A DNA stretch of 64,000 bases. Origin: Chara braunii (Eukaryota > Plantae > Charophyceae). Where the stretch lies: positions 2,042,052 to 2,106,051 of the forward strand of contig BFEA01000017.1 of NCBI GenBank assembly GCA_003427395.1, in the 5' to 3' direction. The notes under the pieces are model-generated. The model was not told where the DNA came from. It saw only the letters and a program-made list of their open reading frames with translations, and did no database searches. Positions 1 to 11,360 of the stretch are shown here, one piece after another (the stretch's first letter is position 1; each line of letters opens with the position of its first letter). The position numbers and the translations under genes are program-made.

Positions 1-63
<63 letters not shown>

Positions 64-65
64 TT

Positions 66-124
<59 letters not shown>

Positions 125-243
125 CATCGATCAATCCATGGATGTCGACGGATCCTTTCCTTCAAGATTCGTCGATATTGACGGGTCTTAAAGGAAAAGA
201 TCTGTCAAGATCCACGAATTGATTGATTGATTGATTGATTGAT
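1..243. repeat. (AATC)n / (GATT)n microsatellites flanking a degenerate ~85-bp palindrome
   Basis: (AATC)n at 1-122 and its complement (GATT)n at ~219-243 enclose 133-219, whose two halves are imperfect reverse complements. More (AATC)n occurs at ~499-612 and 2343-2390. Confidence 0.9.
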
Positions 244-508
244 TGGTATTGATCGTGGTTCAGAATCATTTGATGCTGCTTACCAGCCTTATCTCATTGC
301 ATCTAGATTCGAACTGGCATCTGTATTTCAACAGTTCACTTGGTGTACCAGGTGAGCTAGGCCCGTTCGTTATATGGCACTTTTTTGTCAAGGGTATTTC
401 TCCAGTTTGGGATTGTCGAGCACCAGCCCAACTCATATCTGTGCAGTGTGGAACTTCATTGGTTAGTTTTACATCGGAGTCACTTCGCTTTTTTTTGTAA
501 TCAATCAG

Positions 509-573
<65 letters not shown>

Positions 574-699
574 TAATTAATTAATTAATTAATTAATCAA
601 TCAATCAATCAATGATTGAGCCCGTGGTATCGACGGCTCCTTTAGTTCAACAATCGTCGATGTCGACTGATCTTGAGAGAGTGATAGATGTACGAGAAT

Positions 700-2342
700 A
701 AGATAGGGGAGGAGAAGATGGACGGGGTGGAGGAGATGGAGAAGGAGATCGAGGAGGAGATGGAGTAGGAGGAGATGGAGGAGGAGATGAAGTGGGCGGA
801 GATGGAGGAGGCGATGGAGTAGGAGATGGAGTTGGAGATGGGGTAGGAGGTGGAGTTGGAGATGGGGTAGGAGGTGGGCTAGGAGATGGAGGAGGAGATG
901 AAGTATGAGATGGAGGAGGAGATGGAGTAGGAGGAGATGGAGTAGCAGATGGAGTAGGAGGAGATGGAGGAGGAGATGGAGTAGGAGATGGAGTAGGAGG
1001 AGATGGAGGAGGAGATGGAGTAGGAGATGGAGGAGGAAATGAAGTGGGCGGAGATGGAGCAGGAGATGGAGTAGAAGATGGAGTAGGAGATGGAGCTGAA
1101 GATGGGGTAGGAGGTGGGGTAGGAGATGGAGGAGGAGATGGAGGAGGAGATGGAGGAGGAGATGGAGGAGGAGATGGAGTAGGAGAAGATGGAGTAGTAG
1201 ATGGAGGAGGAAATGGAGTAGGAGGAGATGGAGGAGGAGATGGAGTAGGAGATGGAGGAGGAGATGGAGGAGGATATGGAGTAGCAGATGGAGGAGGAGA
1301 TGGAGTAGGAGGAGATGGAGGAGGAGATAAAGTAGGAGATGGAGGAGGAGATGAGGTAGGAGGAGATGGAGTAGGAGATTGAGTAGGAGATGGAAGACGA
1401 GATGGAGGAGGAGATGAAGTAGGAGGATATGGAGTAGGAGATGGAGTAGGAGATGGAGGACGAGATGGAGGAGGAGATGAAGTAGGAGGANNNNNNNNNN
1501 NNNNNNNNNNNNNNNNNNNNNNNNNNNNNNNNNNNNNNNNNNNNNNNNNNNNNNNNNNNNNNNNNNNNNNNNNNNNNNNNNNNNNNNNNNNNNNNNNNNN
1601 NNNNNNNNNNNNNNNNNNNNNNNNNNNNNNNNNNNNNNNNNNNNNNNNNNNNNNNATATGGAGTAGGAGATGGAGTAGGAGATGGAGGACGAGATGGAGG
1701 ACGAGATGAAGTAGGAGGATATGGAGTAGGAGATGGAGTAGGAGATGGAGTAGGAGATGGAGTAGGAGAAGGAGGACGAGATGGAGAACGAGATGGACGA
1801 GGAGATGAAGTAGGAGGAGATGGAGTAGGAGGAGATGGAGTAGGAAATGGAGGAGGAGGAGGAGGAGTAGGAGATGGAGTAGGAGATGGAGGAGGAGATG
1901 GAGGAGGAGGAGATGGAGTAGGAAATGGAGGAGGAGGAGGAGGAGGAGGAGATGGAGTAGGAGATGGAGGAGGAGATGGAGGAGGAGATGGAGTAGGAGG
2001 AGATGGAGTACGGGATGGAGTAGCAGATGTACGAGGAGATGGAAGAGGAGATGGAGGAGGAGATGGAGTAGGAGGAGATGAAGTAGGAAATGGAGGAGGA
2101 GATGGAGTAGGAGGATATGGAGTAGGAGATGGAGGAGGAGATTGCGGAGATGGAGTGCATGGAGATTGAAGATGACATGGAGGAGGAGATGGAGTAGGAG
2201 ATGGAGAAGGAGATGGAGTACGAGATGCTGGAGGAGATGGAGTACGAGGAGGAGATAGAGGGGGAGATGGAGTAGGAGATGGAGGAGGAGATGGAGTTGG
2301 AGGAGATGGAGAAGGAGATGAAGGACATGAAGGAGGAGAAGA
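700..2342. repeat. GGA/GAT/GTA-rich minisatellite (GGAGATGGAGKA-like units), with N-gap 1491-1655
   Basis: Degenerate 9-15 nt units are directly visible and bracketed by (AATC)n arrays. They produce the long low-complexity ORFs (SPPP-, LLLH- and SISS-rich). Confidence 0.9.
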
Positions 2343-2544
2343 TCAATCAAACAATCAATCAATCAATCGAACAATCAATCAATCAATCAATTAACAAACA
2401 TTTCATCCGTACAGGATGCCATTTCTAATTGTTCTCTCTTTCTTCTTTTCTTTCCATGCAGCAGACGTGGACAAGTCGATGTTCTGCAGAGTACAGGCTG
2501 AATAGGCGTGCGTCGGCAGTAGGGCATAGCTGCAGACAGTAGTT

Positions 2545-3842
2545 ATGCTTTCACTGCACCACCGTCACCTTTTTGGAGCTATGGCATGCGCCAGTACACG
2601 GCGTAGAGGGGACCCGCTACCACCATTTGTGTCTGTACTTCAGCACAAGCAGGATGAATTGAGGCGCGGTCTTGTGGTGTGGGAGTGGGTCGAGAGGGGC
2701 CAAGAGTGGGGGAAGGTAGGCGTGGGCAACTTCCTTATCCGTTGCCTCCTGTGTCGGGAGGTTTTCACTGGATCCAAGTCTCGTGGAGTTGAGCATTTCA
2801 CCAAGCAGAAGACGTACTGCCCACGCTTGACTGGTGAGATTTTGTACGACTTGCAAAGGGCGGGGGTAGTCCTTAGAGATGTCATCTTGCGGCGCCTGGC
2901 TTCGGAGTACGCGGAGAGGGTGGAGGGTGTTATGGCTACGAACGACCTCCGTCATTACATGGAGGCGGAGGGGGGCGGAGAGCAGGAGCATACGAGGCCC
3001 GGGACACCCTCGCGTGTTGGAGGGGCGGATGCATCACTTACTGGAGGGGCAGACGCCGGATGGTGGCGATACAAGTGAGGGGACGATCAGCCTGGACGAC
3101 GATTTGGATGCAAATCGTCAGCGTGGTGGCAGGTCACGAGGCGACACTCAGCCTGCGGGTTTTCAGCATGCGCCAACCCGTGTACCAGGAAGTGTAGGAG
3201 GTGTGAGTGGCGGTATTGAGGCAGGCGACTGTAGTGTTAGTGCAGCACCCGCGTCCACATCCGTAGTGGGTAGGCGAAGGTCAACTCTGAATCCCTATAT
3301 AGGGAACAAGATCCAGATGGATCTTGATCGGTTGTGGCCCCTCGCTATCTATTGTGGCGGAGTGGCGTTCAACTGGCTGCATTTGGCCGAGACGCAGCAG
3401 TTGTGGGATTACATATGCACTCTATTCCGTCCCACGATAGTACCAGTTCCACGACTTCACCTGTATGAGGGGGTCCGAACGAGGATGATGGATATTATCT
3501 TCCATGAGGTCGCTGCCCTCATCGCCCCTAAGAAGGCAAAGTGGGCTACTTCCGGTTGCACGCTGATGATGGACGGGCTTACTGACACGACAAACAAGCC
3601 CATTATGAACTTCATCGCAGCAGGGGACTCCGGAACCATCCTCATCCGGACGATTGACATGTCGTATCGCGGCAAGACCGGCGTTAGCTTAACAGAGATT
3701 TGGGAGGACGTGATTCGACATGATATTGGCATCGAGAATATCAATGCGATATGTATGGACAACGCCGAGCTCATGAAAACCGTGGCGCACACGTTACAGA
3801 CACACCCAAATCCTGCTATGCGTCACATTCCCTGGATCCCGT
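2545..3842 (+). pseudogene. hAT-like (DUF659) transposase, N-terminal part: BED-type zinc finger plus start of catalytic domain, frameshifted
   Basis: BED-like segment VVWEW...RCLLC...VEHF...CP. DUF659/hAT catalytic-region motifs WATSGCTLMMDG..D...KPIMNFIA and AICMDNA. Ends at HIPWIP, where the insertion begins. Confidence 0.85.
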
Positions 3843-6800
3843 TGTCGACTGGGAGAAGTGATTTGTCGGCACGCCGTCCAAACCCTACACCTCGCACCGC
3901 GTCTGTCACCCACGGGAGGGTTGGACGGGGCTCCTGTAACCTGCCACAAACTCGTCAGTCACATCCACATAAATAAAGAGTGGAGCCGACTAAAGACACA
4001 ACCACGAGTCCCTCCTATCACACCGTCTGCGAGAAATAAAAAAATTGTTTTTATTTGATCCAAAATAATACCCGTGGAAGGGCTAGTTCCGGGCCCTTGT
4101 CTGAGATCTAAAATCCATTCGGCTATTGGAAAAGACGACGTCTTGGTTTACTCGAGTGCGCATCCGGTCGTGTCCTTAGTCTAGTCTAGTCTAATCTGCC
4201 CTGGACTGGTTTGGTCTGATGAGGTTTGTTCTGGTCTGGTCTCTATCCGATTTGATCTGATCTCGGGTGGTCTCTGCCCGGTCTGAGTCTGGTCCAGTCT
4301 GGGTACGGTCCTGTCGGATCTGGTCTGATCCGGTTTGGGTACGGTCTTGTCTGATCTAGTCCGAGTCCGCCTGATCTAGTCTGATCTCGTCTGATCCGGG
4401 TCTGGTCTGATCTGGTTCGGTCTGGTCTGATCCGGTCTGGGTACGGTCCCGCCTGATCTGGTCTGAGTCTGCCCAGTTTGGTCTGATGTAGTCTGGTCTG
4501 ATCCGGTCAGGGTATAGTCTGATCTGTTCAGGTCTGATCTGGTCCAGAACTGTTTGTGCCCGGTCAGGTCTAGGCTGGTCTAGGTTTGGCCTCATCTGGT
4601 CCGGTCTGGGTTTGGTTCGGACCTGGTCTGGTTTGGATCTGTCCTGGTCTGGACCTGTCCAGTCCAAGTCAGCAACAGAAAAAATTTCCAGAATTAAATA
4701 TTCATTCTATAGTAAAATTACATTCTAAATTTCAAATTTTTATTCCATCTTAAAAAATGTCATTCTACTTTTAAAATTTTTCATGTTACTTGAGAACTTT
4801 CCTTTTAAGAATGGGGTATCCCTTCTTATTTGAACTGCATGCTAGAGATGGAATGAAAGTCTGGATGAGTTCATGAAATATTTTAATTGGACTGTCATTC
4901 TAAGTAAGGATTTTCAGTCATAAATAGGTTAATCCAATTTAAATTAGAAGATATTTGTTGTAGTAGAATGAAAGTTTAATTAAAACATTCCATAAACTCG
5001 TCCAGACTTTCATTCTATCTTGAATAAATAGATGTAGTTGGAAGGGAAAACTCATATTTAGACAGGAACTTATCAAATAAAACTGAAAATTGTAGAATTG
5101 GACAAACATTGGAATGATAATTTATAAATATGAAGGATTTTTTTTTTATGGAATGTTTTTTCAACTTTCATTTCTCGTGGGAATTTTTCTGTTGTGTTCT
5201 GATCTGGGATGCTCTGATATGATCTGATTTGTAAGAGCTCAACATAATTTCGTGAGTGACAATGCTAGCATAGTCTCATTATCATCAACAAAGAACCAAT
5301 GTAGAAATCATGTCTGGCGGTCGGCGCTCAGACTACAGGTGACAACTTCTATCTAGCCTACTATCCTCAGCGCCGCTGGTGACGTCAACAAGGTCCTGAA
5401 GCACGAGCAGATCTTGGTCAATGTCGTTCTCTTTAAGCAAGAGGTAAGTCTCTCGTATCACTCCCAACCTCGGTGACACCAACTGCTTCGCGAAGCACGA
5501 GCAAATCTTGGTCAATGCCATTCGCCTCGGGCACCAGGCAAGTCTCTCCTATCTCTCACTACCTCGATCCCATCGACTTGCTTGCTCCGCCTAGGCCACA
5601 TAAGCTTGCGCCCACTGGCTCACCCCCCCCCGCACGGCTTCTTCCCGCGCGGCTCGTATCCGGGCTCAACAACTTTTCCCTCGCGCGGATCTTCCCGCGC
5701 AGCTCGTGTCCCGGGCGCAGCAGCTCTCCACGCTCGCACTCGTCCGCCTCACGTGCACTTCCGTCGCTTCCCGCGCGCTACTTCTACTCTCGCTCGCGCA
5801 TCCTTCCGGCATTTTCCCCTGCCCGCACTAGCACGGCCCGCATCCGCCAGCGCTTCTCCTCCTCTCGGTCTCGTTCGTGGGCAGATCAGCGCCCTTTCAA
5901 CTCACAAGTGGCTTCCCAATCCTCGCGCGCTGCTCGTTTCCTTCACGCGACTTCTCATTCTCCCTCTCTCTCTCACACACACACCCATGCGCAACCGACA
6001 CTTGCAGATGAACCTGACCTCTTTCGTGGTCCGGAACATTCAAGGCTTCCTGCAAGTCAAGTTTCCCCGCGCACATAGCCAATCGCAACAGAAAACTAGC
6101 AGTGCCCCTTCCCCATGTCCGATCTCTCCCTTCCCCGCTGGCTTTGCCCCTCCTGCCACTATTGCTCAACATGCAGTGTTAACGTGGAACTTGTTTGGAT
6201 AGTGCTCATGATCTCCATCCTTGGTAAACGGCCCCTCTGCACGTAGCAAGATCGCCGCGGGCGTATCAAGCTTCGAGCTTGACTGCGACTACCTACAGCA
6301 GGCTACCGTGAGTCCGTTCATTCTTCCTCCTCCTCCGTGATCGATCCGTGCATGATCAAGTCCGCTGTTGAGTTGCAACCCCCGTGCGTCGTACGTCGAT
6401 CGAGGTCCAGTACCCGTCCGATGGAATGCGTTAGCAACTTACCAGGTTCTTGATAGCACCTGCACTCTTGATTGATGCTCCCTCGTCGGGCAATGTCCCC
6501 CTTCCGTATGCATGGCCTTCGGTTGCTAGCCCTCTGCGAGCCAGCCCATGCGCCTGTCCCCACCGTGCGCCTGTCTCGTGCGTGAATTCGAAAAAGCCCC
6601 CCTCCGCTCGTGTCCTCTCGTGCGTTTCTGAGCCAGCACACTTCGTGTGCCAGCCCGTGTACCCCTCCGTGCGTCCGTTAGAATCCCCCCCTCTCGAGCC
6701 CAGTTGGGCTTTTGAACTTTGTCAGCCCCAGTATCACGTGGAACCTGGCTCTTTGGCCTCCCGAGGTGTCGGCCGCTGTCGAGGAAGTCACAGCGCCCCG

Positions 6801-7525
6801 GTACCGGGGCTTCCCCGAGCCTATGTCCGACCCTTTTTGGGCTCCGAAAGGGCATATGTGGTATCAAGCGGGCCTTTGTGTCGGTACCAATGAATTTGCA
6901 GCGCCCCGGTACGGGAGCTAAGCTGAGCCTCATTCCGAACCTGCTTTGGCTTCCCCTCCCAAGCAGAAATTAGCGAGGCCCGTCGAAATTTGGAGGGGAC
7001 CCGGTACTTGAGAAAAATGGGTCTTCCCTTCTTTGAGGCCCGAAATCTTTTTTCGACCGCCCATTTCAAGTTTCTAGCGTCGCGGTCCAATTAACGCCGG
7101 TTTAGCCATTTCCTCGACTTTTGGCCGGCCATTGATTCTTCACGGCCGTCGCTCTGTCGTTTACCCGGACGCTTACTGTGAGAACAGAATAGCCCTTTTC
7201 GTCCCACACGTCGCCAAAGCTCCAAAGTGAGTTACCCGTCCACCGCCGTCGTCACTCGCCTAACGCCTGCAGACTCCTCTCTCCCGCCATAGTTATTAGA
7301 TTTTCCTTGGCTATGAAAATTCTCGGTGCCCGTTGAAGAGAGTCTCCCTTCATCATGGGATCATGCTCTCCCAACCCCTCGACCCTGATCCCTCCCCCTT
7401 GAGTCTCGCCTTCGTCGATCTCGAGAAGGGAAGTGTCCGAATTGGTTGCTTACTTCAGCTCCGGCCACCAATAGATGTCTTTGTCAAGGAAGTAAAGGGC
7501 GGCGTAAAGCTTGGGCTGCCCGACA
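3843..7525. mobile_element. 3683-bp insertion with TGTCG...CGACA termini and 4-bp TSD (probable solo LTR)
   Basis: CCGT at 3839-3842 and 7526-7529. Removing the insert and one TSD copy restores tgg atc ccg tgc gca gca cac tgc = WIPCAAHC, the hAT CxxH motif. No recognisable coding domain inside. Confidence 0.85.
4175..4668. repeat. degenerate pentanucleotide satellite (TCTGG/TCTGA/TCCGG)n inside the insertion
   Basis: 5-nt periodicity is directly visible and generates the PDQ-rich spurious ORF 4356-4667. Confidence 0.85.
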
Positions 7526-8760
7526 CCGTGCGCAGCACACTGCCTGAGTTTGCAGCTGAGGGACATTGTCGCACAGCCTTTCGCGCGACAGACGATGAAA
7601 GATGAGCACAAGATTGTGAAGTTCATGCGCAACAAACAAAAAGCGCTTGCACTTCACAAAGTAATGAAGAAGGCGCTGGTGCTCAGGCGACCAGCCGAGA
7701 TGCGTTTCGGTACACCATACATGATGCTGGAGAGGCTGTATGACCAGAGGGAGGTCTTGGACACATTGGTGTCGTCAGAGAGGTGGGCTAGGGTGCGATG
7801 GGCCGGGGATGCTCGAGAGCGGATGCCGCATGTCCGCAGGCTCTGCAGGGATGACGACTTTTGGAGTGGCGTGATGGTGATGGACCTCATGGGTCCCGTT
7901 TACGCGTTCCTCAGGGATCTTGACAGGGATGGCTCATCACCCACTGGCCTGTGGCCCTATGGGATTTCGAGGTCATCCTCCGGCAGAGACTTCGTTCACT
8001 AGAGCTGTCAGACTTTGACAGGGACGCGGTGATGACCATCGTGAGGGATCGGTGCGCGATGATGCAGCAGCCTGCTCATGCAGCTGCTTACCTGTTGGAT
8101 CCGCGGTGGCGCGACATTTCATTGCTTAAGGACCGCAACAGGCCTGTTGTGCAGTCGGCGCTAGAGCACTTTGCTCGCGTTGTCGGAGGGTGGAACACGA
8201 AGGCCATGCAGGATCTGTGGGAGGCCCTGTGGACTTTCCAAAGTGACGACCCGTGATATAGGCCAAAGGCTGCTCAACACTGGTGGGACCCGTTTGCTGC
8301 CACCGACGCGAAGAAGATGCATCCCTTGACGTGGTGGGGGCTTAACGGTGGCCAGCAGCCCATTTTGCAGAGCATTGAGCGGGCAGTGGTGGGCACGTGG
8401 TCCACGACCAGTCCTTGTGAGAGGAACAGGGTCACTAACGATTTCGTTCACACGAAATTAAGGAACCGCCTGTCTGCACGTAGCGTTGAGAATATCGTGT
8501 TTATCCATTGGAACTTGCAGTTCAGTGTGAGCAAGCGGACAGACGACAGGTACGTGGACATCTGGGAGGACCAGCTTGAGGAGGAGGAGGTCGCTTTGGA
8601 TGAGGACGATGCCATCCCTGCAGATGTGTTGGAGGAGGAGGCCGAGGCGATTGAGAGGAGTAACAGGAGGAAGGAGGGTCGCAATCGAGCTGGTAAGGGC
8701 AAGGCACCGGCAATGGACTCGGAGGACGAGGAGGACGACATTTTTGATGACCTCGTGTGA
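7526..8760 (+). pseudogene. hAT-like transposase, C-terminal part including hATC dimerisation region, frameshifted with stops
   Basis: Motifs CAAHCLSL.LRDI, RPAEMRFGT.Y.MLERL, HAAAYLLDPR, HPLTWW and SPCERN..FVHTKLRNRL, followed by an acidic tail. Low-complexity element sequence continues to ~10415. Confidence 0.88.
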
Positions 8761-10789
8761 ATGCACCAGGGGATCAGGAACGAGGCATAGGCACAAAGGG
8801 ATGTTGGGATGATTCTTCCAGAGGACCAACACGACTTGCTGGACGATTGGGGTGGACACGATCCGCACGACAACTTCGATGCCTACGTTGGTGGCACCAT
8901 GCATACCGTGGTGTCCATGCGCAAGAGGGTTGGCGGCGAGGTTGATATGAAGGAGTTGCTAGCCCGTGATATTCAGATAGAGGAGGACGAGGCGATGCAG
9001 GACCGGAACGGACGCATGAGGTTCCAGTTTAGATGAGTCCCACAGCAGCAGGTACTAGTGTTGTCGACCCCTCTTCTGTCGCCACAACGACACATACGTC
9101 CCAACCCCCCATGGAGCACGGGGTTGGTACACACACGCAGGCGGAGAGGGAGAGGAGGGTGCCTCAGCGTCCTAAGGTTCCGCGACATGAGAGGGACGAA
9201 CATAGGGTGGAGCAGTTGCCACAGCAGGTCGCTGTGGAGCAGGTGGCGCATCAGTTTGCGGAGGCAGAGAACGCCTCTCAGATCATCTCTCAGTCAGTTT
9301 GGCTGCTTGGCTCACTCTGTCCGCATGCCGCCACATGTCCACGTACAGTGGTGCAGTCGTGTGAGCAGCGCGTGCAGGAGAGGGTGGACCCCTGAGTACC
9401 ATCGACCTTACAGCACGAGCCCCTCAAGCGGCGACATCGACCGGGACTTGAGCAGCGGGTGGAGCAGACAGCGGATCGTACAGTGCACAGTACAACAGAT
9501 GACAGGTCGAAGTGTAGGGTAGAGCTGAGGGTAGAGCCGAGGGTTGAGCAAAGAGCGGAGCAGAGGGTGGAGCGTAGGGTTGATGAGAGGGTGGAGCAGC
9601 GGATGGATCAGAGGACGAGGGACGTGGTAGAGGTTACAATTGATGTGACCTTGGACCAGGCCGAACGCGAAGGGGAAGTCCGTATCATGGAGCGACATCA
9701 ACAGAGTCACCCGCAAACTCAAGGATTCTATGCCTGGGGTTACGGGTGAGAGGAGGGATCGTGAGGGGAGGTTGTCGGAGATGTTTGCAGACGCAACAGG
9801 CTGGGTACGAAAGGGAGATAGGTTGGAGCATCCTGGTGCCGGGTCGTCGTGCATTGCTGAAGTACAGGGCAACACGATGGTTGCACCGCCGTCACGACCG
9901 CCTGCAAGAGGTGCAGCACATCGCGATGGTCATCGACGTCCCAAAGGGCGATCGTTCACACGTGCTTGGCCGGCTGCCTGACTTCCCCCCCCATTGTTGG
10001 AGGATGCCCCTGATCCTGCTACATTGCAGAGCAACCATAGAGCTTGTCTGTCGACTGCACATTGGATACTTGGGGAGGAGCCAGCGACGTCAGTCCGCGA
10101 TAGGACCGGGCAACCGTCGAGCTGCTGGGGGCCGCAGTGAGGATTCTGCGACGGATGGGGTGCCCATGCCTAAGGCTAGGAAGACGTACACCACCCTGAC
10201 TGGCATTTTGGGACGTTTTTGCTGCACGGGGTGCGAAGAGAGAGACAGAGGTCCAGGAGGCAGAGAGGATGGCAGCCAGAGCAGTTGGCAGTCACGCCGA
10301 GTCTGCGTCACAGCATTCAGGGAAGGGAGAGGAGACGGCGACGACGGTGCCGCACAGGCGGTGAGAGCTGATCATCAACGACGACGACACAGACGACGCC
10401 AGTGCGATGAGCCGTAGACTGGGACTTTGTTGTCGCGCCAATGATGTTTGTGTATGCCTATCTTCATTTAGTGTCTTATAGGTTTCATTCTTCTTCTTGT
10501 TTTTTTATTTTATTTTTCAATTATTCTTCTTTTATAATATTTCCTCTTTCTTAGTTTTTTTATTTTTTCTTCATATTGACGGTATTGTGCGACTCCGTGC
10601 TTCGACAACGATGTTCATTACTTTGGTTACTTGGTAGTTCTATTGTTCACTTTTTTTCTTACTGTAGCATTTGTGTTCGTGTATTTCGGTCCGTTCTACT
10701 ATCTTGAACTCAAAGTTGTGTTCTCATGATTGCAATTTTGTGTATTTGATGAGAATTTGTGAATTTCGTGGGGACGAGGGTAAGTTGCT

Positions 10790-11290
10790 TTTACTGGGGG
10801 GTATGCGGGAATGTGGGGGGAGGGGTGACATGGGTTTACTGAGGGGTATGTGGGAATGTGGGAAGACGTGTTACTTGGGTTTAATGACGACATTGAGGGG
10901 TATGTGGGAATGTTGGGGGGGATAGGGGGCCTGGTGCGTTGGTGCCACTTGGTGAGGGGTGTAGGTGCTGGGGGATTCGGGCCCGACGTCGGGTAAGGGG
11001 CGGGGTTGTGTTTTGGGNNNNNNNNNNNNNNNNNNNNNNNNNNNNNNNNNNNNNNNNNNNNNNNNNNNNNNNNNNNNNNNNNNNNNNNNNNNNNNNNNNN
11101 NNNNNNNNNNNNNNNNNNNNNNNNNNNNNNNNNNNNNNNNNNNNNNNNNNNNNNNNNNNNNNNNNNNNNNNNNNNNNNNNNNNNNNNNNNNNNNNNNNNN
11201 NNNNNNNNNNNNNNNNNNNNNNNNNNNNNNNNNGGTTGGGTTGGTATAGGTGGTATCACTGGTATGTGGGTTGTTACCGACAACCCACAA
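10790..11290 (+). repeat. GGGGTATGTGGGAATGTGGGG-type repeats, probable 3' subterminal region of the first hAT element
   Basis: About 4 copies of ggggtatgyggga(atg) at ~10797, 10843, 10897 and 11261, spanning N-gap 11018-11233. Confidence 0.5.
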
Positions 11291-11360
11291 ATTTATTTAT
11301 TTTTTTTCTGCTTCTTGGCGCTTCTCTGCCAGGGCCCTGCGCCACCCCCCACCGCCCACC

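Noticed and set aside
647-2362. Extensin/HRGP-like SPPP/SPTP ORF on the minus strand
   Set aside because: Pure minisatellite open in several frames. No signal peptide or credible start, frame unknown across the N-gap, and bracketed by AATC arrays next to a transposase. A spliced exon cannot be fully excluded.
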